A DNA stretch of 64,000 nucleotides. Origin: Octopus sinensis (lineage: Eukaryota). This document shows, piece by piece, positions 39,301 to 54,000 of this stretch. Position 1 is the stretch's first letter, and each line of letters starts with the position of its first letter. Made by a program: the position numbers and the translations under genes. The stretch covers positions 62,186,001 to 62,250,000 of the forward strand of contig NC_043006.1 in NCBI RefSeq assembly GCF_006345805.1, read 5' to 3'. Under the pieces are notes generated by a model. The model saw only the letters and a list, made by a program, of their open reading frames with translations. It searched no databases and had not been told where the DNA came from.

Positions 39301-41474
39301 AATAAAAGGAAAAAAAAACTATATAAGATGTAAGGAATAAAGGAAATCAAATGAGAAAGAAAAGACTTATAAATGGCCCAGCAGATTCCAATTGCAATGA
39401 AATTAATACCCATGTGTTAACCAATTATTTCAGGTGAAATATTGAATAGAACTGATACTGTTTTAGTATAATATCGCAACAACCTTATTTTATCTCTAAG
39501 CGGTATATTTTATTAAAATCATAGTAAATATATTATAATTTGGTCGTGGTTATGTTAGGTCGATTGTACACTGAATGGTCTAAATTCAGTGTTTTAAACA
39601 TGATTTAAAATGTTCTCTTTTAACTACCAGCTCATGATTAATTAAATGCTACTTGCAAGAAAGCTAGTTGTGTGATTATAGTTATTAGCTTTTGTTTCTT
39701 CTTTAAAGAAATATTTTCCGAAATGTGTTTCTATGATGTCTTTCCTTTAAATTTATTGTGACAAGAAATCGTATTAAAGCAACTGGCATTAAACGTTATT
39801 GCTTAAATTTTGTTGCTGCCATTTCTGTTTATTTTTTTTAACGATTGAAAATAACATGTTCGCAGCACGTTATTTTACTCTCCATTTTTTTAAAGAAATG
39901 TAATTACACAGAGAAAAATACTGCATTTATACTATGTCTACTATGGCCACTAACTCTATCACACGGGAAAAAATCGTTCCATCAAAATGTCTTTATTTTT
40001 TTGTCTGCCTTTTTAATGCTATCAAATTGTAACAAATTGGAATCATTTATCATTTACTATTATTTGACTACTTCTTTGAGAAGACGTTTTGTTGACTTTC
40101 AGTTTTGTAAGGAACCTAATACGAAAACAAAAAAATATAACTCAGAAAATAAGCACACTTCGTGTCATGTTTGCTTTGTTGCTGCACCATAGGAATCGAA
40201 ACGAAAATAAACTTATCTTATATAAAACGCGACGTTAATTATACTAACGCAAGGAAATCAACACAGAGAAGTAAATTTTGCTTTGCTGCTATTGTTGTCG
40301 ATGTATACGTTAATTATGCATAGCATCAAAGTCGTTCCAGCTACGATCGTCTCATCTTTGTATTTAAAAGTAACTCTTCTCTGTATATATTTGTCCATTT
40401 TAATACCCAACAGAGTTACAGAAAAAGTTTTGCTACCGTCTGTGGGAATTATGTACAGCGTTATGCAAATGAGCTACTTCAATCAGAAGCTAAAATATTG
40501 CTGCATTTTTCTTAATATATATATATATTATCATTATATATGCAAAGACATTGGTGGATATATTTGGTCGTAGGTTAGCATCGAACCTATTTCTGTTTTT
40601 GTTTTCCATTTCTGATTGTAAGCGTGACAATAGAGAAGGTCCGAATCATCACCATATACATGGTATTTGTATTCGGATGCACTGGGCATTCTGGGCGCTT
40701 ATTGAATTTGTAGCTGATACATACCGGTGAAAATTATGCGCGTACAATACTGACATATATACACCTCCACACGTACAACACACACATACACACACACAGC
40801 ACAACTCACACATACACACACGCAGGTAGAGAGCGAGAGAGAATTTAAGAAACTGTTCCCTTATTTGTAGAATCACCAGCAATGTGCTCCTTCCAAAGTG
40901 AGATAAATATCACTTGATAATTTAAAAAATGGATTTAAATATGAACAACTATAATCTTCATGTTCGGACGGTACAGTAATCCAACAGGAGTTTATAGCAT
41001 GATATACGCTACATTACAAACTGTCCTGGTCAAAATACACATGGTTGCCCTCTGAGAAAAGGGGAGAAAAAACTAGAGAGAGGTAACACAAGAAAAAGAA
41101 TCGAAGAGAAAGAGAAAGCTTGGTGGGGAGAGAAAGGAACTGGGTTTTTGAAGTATTAGAATATTACAATTATCTATTTTCGAGACCCGGATTGCAGCTG
41201 CAGGATTTACCTGCAGGTGGCTAGAAAATTTACAGGTTGAAGAGACTTGGTGTCTCAGTTTTGTGTGTTCTTTCTTGTAGATAGACAAAAGTAATAAAGG
41301 AGAGTAAGAGGTTTAATATATCAATTTCTTTTTTTAAAAAGAATAGTGTATTAGAGAAGCAAAAAATCGGCGGGCGGCTTTTGTCTTCTCCCATCAATAT
41401 CATTTTTCATCTCATTAATGTTTCAGTCCAGCCCTCAAGCTACTCTTTGTAATGCTGTCAGGTACCTGAAATAA

Positions 41475-41613
41475 GGTAGTTTGCTTATTAACCACATGCT
41501 TCCAGATTCAGTTCCACTGAGTTGCACTAAGGCAAATGTCTTCTACTGTAGCCTCGGGCCCACCAAAGATTTTAAGTGGATTTGGTTGAGGGAAACTGAA
41601 AAGAGCCCGTCGT
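41475..41613 (+). mobile_element. 5' half of CORE-like SINE
   Basis: AACCACATGCTTCCAGATTCAGTTCCACTG...GGAAACTGAAAAGAGCCCGTCG. Confidence 0.7.
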
Positions 41614-41629
41614 ATATATATATTATATA

Positions 41630-41661
<32 letters not shown>

Positions 41662-41753
41662 TCTGTTGTGTCTGGGAAGAGTCAGTTTCTTTTTGTGCCT
41701 TAATATAACACACTCACCGGTAAAATTTCCATTTATTTCATATTTTTATCTTC

Positions 41754-41790
41754 CTAAAATTTTCGTTGCGTCTTACAACTCTTTCAATAG
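41754..41790 (-). ncRNA. Minimal hammerhead-like motif, U3-A8 core variant, in a Penelope-like repeat remnant (~41675-41800)
   Basis: Minus strand CTA-TTGAAAG-A-GTTGT-AAGAC-GCAAC-GAAA-AT-TT-TAG. Confidence 0.5.
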
Positions 41791-42463
41791 TCTTGACTCT
41801 GTCCGTTATTTACACTTCGTTCCTTTTTGTTTGTTTGTGCGCATGTGTGTGGGTCAGTGTTTGTGCATATGCATGTGTGCACATGCATGCATGTACGTAT
41901 GTATATGTGTATGTATTTATGTATATATGTGTGTATGCATATGTATATATGTTTGTATGAGTGTTCATCTGTATGGATGTATCCTGCATATTCTTGTGCT
42001 GCATGTCCGTGTTTGTGTATATTCTATGTATGCGTGTGTGTGAGTGTGGGTTTGTGTATGTATGAACCTCTGTCTCCTTGTGTGTGCATGCCTGTGTGTG
42101 TGTTATGCAACTATGTACCATGTTTGTATGTATGGGTCTGCATCTCTATGTGTGGATCCGTGGATCCATATGTGCTCTTGTGTGGAGTAAAGTGTGTGTG
42201 TATATATGGTGACGTGTCTCAGTCTCTATTTGCGTATGTGTGCTTGTCTGTTCTTTTAACCTATCCGTCTGTATGTTCATCTGATTATTTTCATATCTAT
42301 ATGCTTACATACAGAAAAATAGATATATAAATAAATAATAATTAAAAATACACGTGCATACATACACACCCACACCCACACATACATATATCTATCTACA
42401 AAACAGTCCACTACCTATTCTACTCTACCTGTGTAAACTCTGGGCATGGAGGTATGATATCTA

Positions 42464-43720
42464 CTATGTATGTTTCCTATTTAGTATTGGGGAGGTTTCA
42501 TTTATAAGGACGTACTCCCGTATTTGTCTGAGTGTTGGGTCTTTTGGGTGCTTGGATAAGATGCGGATGTCAAGTTGACCGAAGTTGCCTCCATGGTGGT
42601 CTTCGGCATGTTGGTAGAGTATGTAGGACTGTTTTTTATCGTCATATTGTCTCAGATGGTCATTTATTCGTTCTGCAATGCTCCTAGATGTCTCCAATAT
42701 GTACGCCATGTTCATGTCTTTACAAGCACCTTCTATGCATCTTATGCTGTAAACTAGATTTCGAGTTCTACGATTAATGCCAGGGCTAATCCTACATACA
42801 ATGCAGTTATCATTGGTGCATATGGTATTCTCAAAGGGGTACGTCCTACATAGTTGTGATCTGACAGAGTTCCCTGGCTTTTCAACAATCTTAATGTTGA
42901 GTTTGGTGTCCTTCAGAGCTTTTCTAAATCTACGGGCTAGTTTGCTATGGGCTGTGGCCTCTACAAACATCACTTCTTGATATTTGTCGATTATATACCA
43001 CGTGTTCCCCCTGTTTGCTTTGTCACAAGTTCCTTGTATCCTATTCCATTCTTTATTTCTATATCTATGGCAGGTAGAACTGATATCATTACGTATAATG
43101 TTGTCTAATTTCTTTCTAGCCCCCATGTATACTGGAACCCTATCTTTCTGATCACATCCAGAGAACTGCATGCGGTGCATGAAGTTCAATATATATGTTT
43201 TTCTTTTCATAGGGTTCGCATAGTGGGGACACATTGTTCATTATTCTGACTAAGTCTGCTATCAATATGTTAATTTGCATGTTGTGTGGCAAAACTGAGT
43301 TCTAGTGAACAACATATTTTGAAGTTATGGGTTTCATGTAATAAGAGTGGAGGAGCTGCACTATATTGTTCACAATCTCTAACCAAAGTGCAATATCAAG
43401 TACAGGGAGTCTATTGTTGGGGTGCTTAGTGGGGTAATCTATAGTTACCTTGATACTTTGGTGGATGGAGTTAGCTATTTGCTGGATACTCTACATTACA
43501 TTTTTCTCAGTTTCTACATTGCCGTCCCTAGAATTGGTCCTAACTATGATATTAATGTCATCTACATATCTACTTTAGAGTAGTTGTGGACTGTTCTGCT
43601 AACATTTGTTTAAATTTTCTGTCCCACCAGGTCATGAAGAAGCCAGCCACATCTCCAGCTATACCTACACCAATGACTGCACCTTGAACCTGCATGTATA
43701 GTTTTTTTTAAAACTTTACT
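42464..43720 (-). mobile_element. Penelope-like element, RT core plus GIY-YIG (second clade in the window)
   Basis: QVQGAVIG, RYVDDINI and LPVLDI remnants; ORF 42464-43234 with C..C, NLVYSIRC, YILETSRSIAERINDH and RQIREYVLI...PILN. Confidence 0.88.
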
Positions 43721-44514
43721 ATGTGATTTTTCAAGGTGTTTTTTTTTTACACACATTAGTACCTATTCTATATGACGTAGCTTTACTAATGATATTCCAA
43801 GTCAGGGTGTATCCTATTTTTCAAATTTCAATTGCCATATATATTTACTTAGACCTGTCGAATTACTTAATTTGGGATTTTTAAAGGATTCATAATGCTG
43901 GGAAATTATTTTAATTTCATATATATTCATTTTTCTTATTATTATTATAGGTTACGGTACATTTATAACTTACATTTTCTAGGTTGCAATTATTATTAAA
44001 CTACATTTTGATTTACCTTTACATGTGCATTTCTTTTGTATAAGGTTATGTTTTTGTTTGTTATATTTCTTCCGCAGCTATTTTTAATATTAGTTAAATT
44101 GTTATTATAGAATTTAGTTAATTTGACGTTGTTTATAGTGGATATAATATTACTAACGTTTCTGGTTGTCGAATATCCCACTCTGATGTTTTTGAGAATA
44201 TTTTCGAATACTCTTTATTCTTTTTAAAGGATATTTTAATTATGTTCAGAATTTCTTTAATTAAGTTAGTTTTGAACCATCTTATTTTCTTATGTTTTTA
44301 TTATTAATATTAGTACTACTTTAATTCATCTTATTATTGTTTTTGTCATTGTATACTTCGAAGGTATATAATAATTATCCTTATTTCCATTCGATTTCTT
44401 TTTGGTATTATCCTTACTATGATCATTTTATTAATATTATTTTTATTTATACTTATATTATAACATAAATTAGCTCCTTTTGAGCATGAACGCTACTGTA
44501 ATTAAATATTTCTC

Positions 44515-45611
<1,097 letters not shown>

Positions 45612-45742
45612 GAAATGGATTGTTGGAATTTAACTAAAAATGAAGGATGACGACTTTATTACGCGTCCAGGAACAGTCAAGAGAATGTGTGAAATTTTAA
45701 ACTTAATGAAAAATAAAATAAATTTCACCTCAAAACGGGAGA

Positions 45743-46008
45743 TGTTGTGATGAGAGTCATGACGCTCGGTTGCGAGAAAGAGACTGGACCGAGCGATTAT
45801 AAATAGTAGCGGTCGGAGTAAAATTTGTGTTAGTTCGAGTTGAGTTCACAGTGAAGTCGGAAGGTGTCGGTTGATTAATTCGTTTGCAATATGGATTGTT
45901 GGTTTGTGAAAGGATTGTTGGATCGTTAAGTTGCTATTACTGCTGCATCGTTATCTTGTTTACTGTTTATTACAATGGTACAGGGTATCTAAACCAACCG
46001 TCACAATA
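45743..46008 (+). mobile_element. Probable LTR of an LTR retrotransposon
   Basis: Ends TGTTGTGATG / CGTCACAATA (imperfect inverted), preceded by purine-rich AAAACGGGAGA and followed by TGGCG (PBS-like). Confidence 0.5.
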
Positions 46009-47922
46009 TCATGGCGGTAACACACACCTGGAGATGTACGATACCACAATATATATATATATATATATATCCGTGTGGGGGGTATGTATACATGCATACA
46101 TGCATGCATGCATGCATGCATACATACATACATACATACATACATACATACATACATACATACATGTGTCTACCTTGAATCCTTTGTTGTTTGCGGTGGT
46201 CTTCTGTGCGGCAACGTGTTTCTAATACTCATTATTTCATGAAGTTTTTGTCATTTCCCAAAGCACTCGTTATTCAACATCTCTTGTTCGCACTGAACTT
46301 ACATTTTCTTTGCTCTTAGGAAGCATGTGTGCACCATCCACATATTTCCGAGGTGGAGACATCATGTTTTGTGACTGGGTGGTCTTGAGTCTTTTGGGAC
46401 ATTCCTTCCTAGCCTTCAGGTAAGCGAAATGAGTACCGCTTACATGGGAATTACATAAGACAGATATGGCTTTCTGTATTTTCAGAACATTTCTCTTTGC
46501 AACTTGTTTCTTTCTCTCTTTTTTTTTGTGAGCAACTTGGACCAACTTCAGCTTACCTACTTGCTTGTGCCTTCATCTTCTGCTTTGTCTACTTTTGCTT
46601 CTTCTGGTGGGCCTTTGCTTTGCTGATGTTGTTCTCTTCAGACTCAAAGTCGTGATGTTTGTTTTCCTCACACAGCATCACCCTGACCCTGGAATTCTTC
46701 TTCCTCTTTTTCGTTTTTGCTAGCTCTTATAAGATTTTGTCTTTACGTTCAAGCCATAAGATCGAATGAACTCATTCTTATTCCTTCCGGCTTGAGCCAT
46801 TGTTCGGTGAAAACCAAAGCTCTTCCGCGTGTTTCTATGGGAGGAGCTTTGTTTTTATATATTTATACTTCCAGTTTCTGTCTATTGTGAAGGTAATGAG
46901 ATAGCAGTCAGAGGTAGAGACAGATATATAGAGGGGAGGAGTAGGGAAAAGGGGGAAGAGAGAGGGGTACATAGAGGGCGTAGAGGGAGAGAGATGTGTG
47001 GAAATGTAGTCAGAGAAAGTAGAGAGAGAGAAAAACAGAAACGTTAGTGGCGATGAAGAAACTGAGAGAGAGAGAGAGAGGGGAGAGAGAGAGAAAGAAA
47101 AGGAAGGACATGAGAAAGAGAAAGGGACTCAGAGGTAGTCATGATAAACAGAGGTGAGAAAAACAGGGAGAAAATAGAGAGGGAGAGTAAAAAGGAAAAT
47201 AAAATAACAGAAATCTCGTGATGAGAGAAACATAAATAGATACTCGTATAAAAGGAAATGGAGAAATAGAGGGATCGATGTCAGTGTAAATATGTATGAA
47301 GAAGTGTAAAAGAGAAAGATGTAGCCGTAGAGAAAAAGATGAAATGAGAGATATAAACAAAACACAGACGATGATAAAACCTAGATACTTGATGATAAAT
47401 AACATTATCAATATATCGACGAAGGCAGAATAATAACTTTTGTCCTTCTTACTTTGAAAGTGACAATATTAAAAGAAAATATTATAGAATCCTTTACACT
47501 TGAAGGCCTATTTACCTAGCTTTGGCGATCTTGACTTACGTGATTCGTTATCAAAATATAAACGAAACTCAGATTCCAGAAATTCCTGCATCTGGCGTCT
47601 TATTCTACAAAATGATATGGTTCCCTAACTGGAATATTTCGAAAGTAATCTCTCGCATAAACTTGTTGTACATTTATAATATTAGGTCATACTTATTCAA
47701 GCAAGAAGTAGTTGATCTTCATCCTTCGATGACGAAAAATCCTTACAATTGCGTTTAAGGCTCACGGATTTTAAAAAGAAATTCCGCATGGTGTGTTGAT
47801 CCATTGAAAATACAGAACTCTTACATTTCAGTAGAATTCGACCAAATTCGAATTTTCGAAAGCTTTACAAGCTAGACTACAGCATCTATCATGCTAGCGC
47901 TATGTACGTATGTATACATACA

Positions 47923-48007
<85 letters not shown>

Positions 48008-48738
48008 TATATATATGTGTGTACATACATATACATAGAATGTTGAACAGCAACATAAAAGTTGATATGTATAAGGAAAATAAGACAAGGTAGAAAATGC
48101 TAAAATAATTTTACTAGAAAAACCCATAAGTATTTGCAAACAGGTCTTCCTTTTCATTGTAAACCGGTGATTACCGTGCGTTGACAAGAGGCAGATACCT
48201 CGAAACTGCAGTCCGTGCGTATCACTAAGGATTACGAGAGAGGGATGACCTCCCTTTGCAAATACCATAAGGGCACAGATAGTGTGCCTAAAGCCAGCTT
48301 TAGACGACTTTTATCACTTTTGGTTTCTCCTATAAGTCTGGTGCTATCTCGTATGTCTCGTCCCATCTCGTATCCCTGTGTCTTAGTTTTGGGTCTAAAA
48401 CTGTTGAAGGTGGGTGAGATAGTAGCTGTTATCTTGTTGTCCCCTGTCATTGTGTAATTCCCTCTCGCCGTGATTTATGGTGCGGGTTCTTGAATGGGGC
48501 TTGAACAGTGCGTACTTATATTTCATGTTCCAGTGTGGTGCTTTAGAGGGCCGTCGTTGGTAATTATTTCGTGTGGGATGGGTTTGTTAAGCATGAGCTT
48601 TTATTTTTTTTTTGTATTTTTTGGTAGGGGATAGGGTTCTGTTTTTTAGATGTGTGTGAACCTGTTTTTGAGTGTAGTTCTGATTTTCACATCTTTCGGA
48701 AAGTATAGTTGGAAGTGTATTCTGTTTCAAAGGATATC

Positions 48739-48835
48739 GCGGTACACGTGTTTCGAGCTTTGTAAACAATAGTTTATTACATAAGCATAGGTATATTATT
48801 GATATAAAAGTTGGTTTAAAGCTCTCTTCAGCCGC
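48739..48835 (-). ncRNA. Type I hammerhead ribozyme, canonical core
   Basis: GCGG-CTGAAGA-GAGCTTT...AAAGCTC-GAAA-CACGTG-TA-CCGC; palindromic stem III ACACGTGT, GUA triplet. Confidence 0.85.
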
Positions 48836-49020
48836 AACCATTGTTAGTCCAAAGATTACATCATTCTATGCTGAATGCTGGTAGAGTAAGGGCAGATTTT
48901 TGAAATCCAACAAACCTTTATATAATATACCTTTTCAAAGCGATATGATAAACCTATTATAATGGGTAATACTACGTGTACTTTTGAATTTGTGATGTAA
49001 TGTTTCGAGTAACATTGGTT

Positions 49021-49115
49021 GCGGCTGAAGAGAGCCTTAAACCATCTTTAATATCAATAATATACCTATGCTAATGTAATAACAGATTGTTTAAAGCTTG
49101 AAACACGTGTACCGC
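49021..49115 (+). ncRNA. Type I hammerhead ribozyme, inverted copy
   Basis: GCGG-CTGAAGA-GAGC...GCTT-GAAA-CACGTG-TA-CCGC; G-U instead of G-C at the base of stem II. Confidence 0.78.
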
Positions 49116-49148
49116 GGAAACATTTGTATTCTGTTTTTAATTTATGTT

Positions 49149-49185
<37 letters not shown>

Positions 49186-49306
49186 AAATGTAAAACGGAA
49201 GATATAAGATATATATAGATAAGTTAGTGCCAGCGTACGAATCCATCGGGCCTTCAGTCATATATATATATATATAATATATATATATATTATATATATA
49301 TATATA

Positions 49307-49780
49307 CAGCGTTATTCAAAAAGAATAAACAGATTTCATTACGAAATATCTTAATAAGGAAAGGTAATAGAAAATCACACTTTTATTTCCGGTCTTACAG
49401 GTGTTCAATGTGGCCACTACCTGCAGCACGAGTCAATCAATGCAATAAGAGAATTCCTCCCAGACGCGTATCTGCTTGACCTGCGAGTTCCCCAGACCTC
49501 ACATTGTGACATATGAAAATATCACGTTAATGTTCCACGGCTATCCACTAACCTCGATGACCTTAAGCATCGAATAACAACAGTGATTAACTCAGTGAAT
49601 CATGATATGCTGACATGTATCTGGGACGAATTCTTTTATCGCAATGATGTTGCCAGTGCTGCAAGTAGTAGCCACATTGAACAATTGTAAGACAGAAAAT
49701 AAAAGATGACTGTGAGTAAATACTTGTGAATTGGCTTATCCTTATTAAAATGTTGCGTAATAAAATCGGTCAGTTCCCCG
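49307..49780 (+). mobile_element. Internally deleted Tc1/mariner-superfamily element
   Basis: TA+CAG start; SSPDL-like remnant and DDLKHRITTVINSVNHDMLTCIWDEFFYR..HIEQL C-terminus. Confidence 0.6.
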
Positions 49781-49797
49781 TATATATACATACATAA

Positions 49798-49832
<35 letters not shown>

Positions 49833-49929
49833 CAATATATGTATGTATATATAAATGCATATATATATACATGTATACACATATACATTATATATAAATA
49901 TATGCATATACATATATATATGTATATGC

Positions 49930-49966
<37 letters not shown>

Positions 49967-49980
49967 TACACACACTCACA

Positions 49981-50023
<43 letters not shown>

Positions 50024-50769
50024 GTGTATATTCATTAATATATATGTATATGTAGATATTTATGCATATTCATGTGGGTTTGTGTGTTTGTGTAGCAGTG
50101 CATAATAAACAGAAAATTAGGTAATATCTCAATTCTAAATCTATAAACAAGAGTCGAATAGATAATGTGTATTGCGAAATTAACCGTTGACAATTTTCCT
50201 GAACTAGCTTTCGATTCTCTAAGTAATTACAACTCTGATAATTCAATTAGGTTATCGACTAAGCTTCTGAAATGTGGTGCTCCAGTTTGATCGCAGTCCA
50301 ATGACTATACCTAATAGATTAAAAGCGGTGTCCACACACACACACATATACATATATATGTATGTATTTATCTATGCATATATTGTAATTTGAAAGTGCA
50401 TCAGTGGACACTTAGTAAACCATTATCATCTTGTTTACGTCTGATTGACCTCGCATTACTATAACGTTAGTTATCTCCCATGTGTATTTTTTTTGTTTAA
50501 GCGTCTCTTGTTTAAACTTTATATGCTCAAATAAAACCTGGCAAACGGTCTTGTTTTAAGCTTGATAAATGGCCGAATGAACTATTATTTCGACCAAGAA
50601 TCTTTGGGTAGATATATATAGATTAATAGATTCCTTTTTATTATAAGATTATCCTTACCCTCTTAGCTGATCGAGTGCTATCTACTTTTCTACCGCATAA
50701 TTTTTTATTCTTTTATTCTTTCACATGCTTTAGGCCAAAGGCTGTGGCCATGCTGGTGTACCACCAGCA

Positions 50770-51180
50770 TCTGTTATTATAAAAGGCAGATTTTATCTGC
50801 CTCCCTTTGGGAGTTATAGAAATCTACAATATAGGATTTCTTCAATTAACCTAGCATTTTTAAGAGTAGAATGCATCGGGTCATGCCAGGTCCAGTTTTT
50901 AAAATGTAAACTCCAATTAAGCAAAATTTACAGAAAACTCACATTCTTGTGTGTGTGTCAAATGCTTTTCTTAGTCTGGTTTACACCACACGCAAACGCA
51001 CACACACAGTGTGCAACGAATAAAATGAAAGTAAATAGCGACAGAGTGATTTGAGGAAGACTAAACTGAAAGTATTTAAACCACTACTCAAAAAATAAAA
51101 AAAACACAACAAACAGAAACAAATAAATACATAACGATTTACTCCTCACACAATTTCTTCAATTAGAGTGTACCCATGAT
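50770..51180 (+). mobile_element. Non-autonomous Helitron-like repeat, 5' part
   Basis: A|TC...TATTATAAAAGG start; ~260 bp highly similar to 58989-59260; no CTAG end found. Confidence 0.55.
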
Positions 51181-51654
51181 TTTTCAGAGTACTTCAGTGG
51201 GTGATGCCATAAAAAATGTCTTTCAATTTTACCACCAATTAAGACAAAATTCGAGAAAACTCAATATTTTAACATATCACTCCGAAAGCATTGATGTACA
51301 TGTGTGCGTGCGTGAGTGTGTGTGTATCATTCCTCACACACACGCATACACATACATATACAACTACATACAACTACATACACATACAACTACATACAAA
51401 CACGTGTGTGTTTGTTATTAAAAAATGCGCCAAAACACAACTCACTTATCATTCCAACACATTTGCAAAGACACACGGACGGACAGAAAAGGTAAATTGG
51501 TTTTTATTTTACTCTGTATATATTTTATTATATAATATTATATATAGATATATGTATATATAATTGCAGTATGAAACAGTGTTTATGTATAAACAGACGA
51601 CACTTATATATAGTTATTATAATAAGAGATTAATAAATGTATGCATCCGTTTAA

Positions 51655-52415
51655 CCCTTTCGTTACCAAGCCGCCCGAATTTACCTATTCATATTTAAAT
51701 GAGAATATCAGAGCAAATCTCTTTAGTACATTCGTGAAAACACGTATTATACTTCGTAAACACTTCAACTACAGTTTTGTACAAAAATCGAAGTGTAATT
51801 TTAATTCCGTGAATTATGGGAGATTTTTTTCCGAAATTTGTTCCTATTCTGTTTTCAAAATTTGTAATTCTGACAAAAAATGGATACGAATTTCATTATA
51901 TCAAGCAGCGAGTCAGAATTCGAAGGATTTTCTACTGAAGACCTTCATAAATCTAACTGTATGACTGAAAAAAAAAAGCATCTTTATATAAGAGTGAAGT
52001 TGTGTGTCTGTCTCCTACGATTTAGATTCCTAACTACTCCCACATTTTGCGGTGCAGTTTAACCAAAAGCGGGTATCTTATAGTCGTGATTCATATCGAG
52101 CCTTTCTGGGTATTAGCGTGCGTCTACGATGAGTCTACGATTTAAAAAAAAATTACCATCATATTTTTCCATTTTAATGCATTTCTTTCGCTTTTATATA
52201 AGGGAAGTAACTCTCTAAAAATATCTACGATGTGTCAACGATTTAAAAAAAAAATTTACCTTAATATTTTTTCAATTTTTAATGCATTTGTTTGCTATTT
52301 TTTGGCTATAACTCTCTAAAAATGCTTATATAGTTATTTCCCTTACAACCCGAGCAACGCCGGGCGATACTGCTAGTAATATATATGCGTGTGTGTGTGT
52401 GTAAATAGTAAGGGG
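51655..52415. mobile_element. Possible piggyBac-like MITE interrupted by a Helitron
   Basis: TTAA-CCCTTT at left and AAGGGG-TTAC at right. Confidence 0.4.
51981..52376 (+). mobile_element. Non-autonomous Helitron, complete
   Basis: A|TC 5' end, CCCG-AGCAACGC-CGGG subterminal hairpin, CTAG|T 3' end, no TSD; second copy at 60533. Confidence 0.9.
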
Positions 52416-53158
52416 TTACACCCAAATGCTTATCAGTTTGCTCTCAGGTATTCAGAATAGGTTATTTAACAGTAAAGCTATAAATCCAAAAATATTCTAT
52501 AAGATAAGAATTTAGAGATATATACCGTTGGACAATTCTGAATATATTACTGTAACCATACATGTTTCTTGGAGTATATAACGTCAACAATAATAATAAT
52601 AATATGGATTATTACGAAGTTGCATAGTATTCCCTTTAATTATTATTGTATATATACATCTTTTTATAGACTTACATATGTTTCAACTGCACCGGTTAGT
52701 AACCGTTGCAAAAACAACCCTACTATAATTCCACTGCAGTTTCTTCATGGTCTTTACTTAATATCCTTCGATTTTACTTTTTGAAGTTTTTCGTTCACAT
52801 TTTTGTTGTGTGTTGCGTGATGTTAAGTGAGACGCGGACAATCATCAATTGAAGTTTTGATCGAAAATCACTTATTGTCCGATATTACAAAACATTCTCT
52901 TGTTTAAATGTTTATTCTTCATTTATTCTGCGCAAATCTCAGTTTCCTGATATGCAAAAATGTGGTAACATTCTTCTAAATATAGGTCACATATTTTAGT
53001 TCCAGGTCTGTATGCTTTCGTAGACAAAATTAATTGCCATTTGATAGTATAGTCCTTGTTTTTGTCTTTAATAGTTTAATTTATTAAAACTTGTTTGGAA
53101 TCTTTTAACTTTATCTCTAAATGAATGCATGTATGTATGGAAACACACACACACACAC

Positions 53159-53239
<81 letters not shown>

Positions 53240-53838
53240 AATTTATTACCAGCATTACCAGTTAAAATATGCTTCAGTCATTTTCAAGCCTTTACTCTAT
53301 ACATTCATCGTTTTCTATCCGTCTATCTCTCACTCTTTCTTTTTCTCTTTCTCGTCGCCCACACGTGACCATTGCCCATCTTTCTTTTCCTCACGTGATC
53401 ATCTTCGTTTTCCTTCAGGACTGTCATAAGGACTGGGCATATTCTATATCTCTCTTATACCTATTCTCTTGTCAAAAAAATAATTCTTCAGCGTTCGCTA
53501 TTTTACCCTCGTTCTGATCTGACTACCCTCCATGATTGTTTTCGTTCGGTTTCCGTGTATGTCTCTACTGTCCTGTTTCCTATTTTTGTTCCCAACATTC
53601 ACAGTCCATAAATTCAAAATTTTAGTTTGGTACTTATGGGAGCAACTGTCTTCGATGATTCATATTTTCTTTCAATATTCGAAATGAGGAGTAAATAGAC
53701 AGCCGACAATTGATAAAGTGTCGTTCTTTGTGTTACATGTCGTGATTTCCATTGAATTTATTGAATTTATTTGTTTCCGTGTTTCATGTTGTTTACTGTT
53801 GTTGACCTTCTGTACCCATGTGTGCATATGTATGTATT

Positions 53839-53885
<47 letters not shown>

Positions 53886-53932
53886 GTGCATCTGTGCGTG
53901 CGTGTGTACATATATATTATATATAATATATA

Positions 53933-54000
<68 letters not shown>

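Larger units (their letters stand above)
48738..49116. repeat. Inverted repeat (arms ~48738-48863 and ~48993-49116), each arm carrying a hammerhead
   Basis: CGCGGTACACGTGTTTCGAGC...CTCTCTTCAGCCGCAACCA versus TGGTTGCGGCTGAAGAGAG...GCTTGAAACACGTGTACCGCG. Confidence 0.9.

Noticed and set aside
53645-53700. TCGATGA...ATATTC-GAAA motif
   Set aside because: Core and stems too degenerate to call
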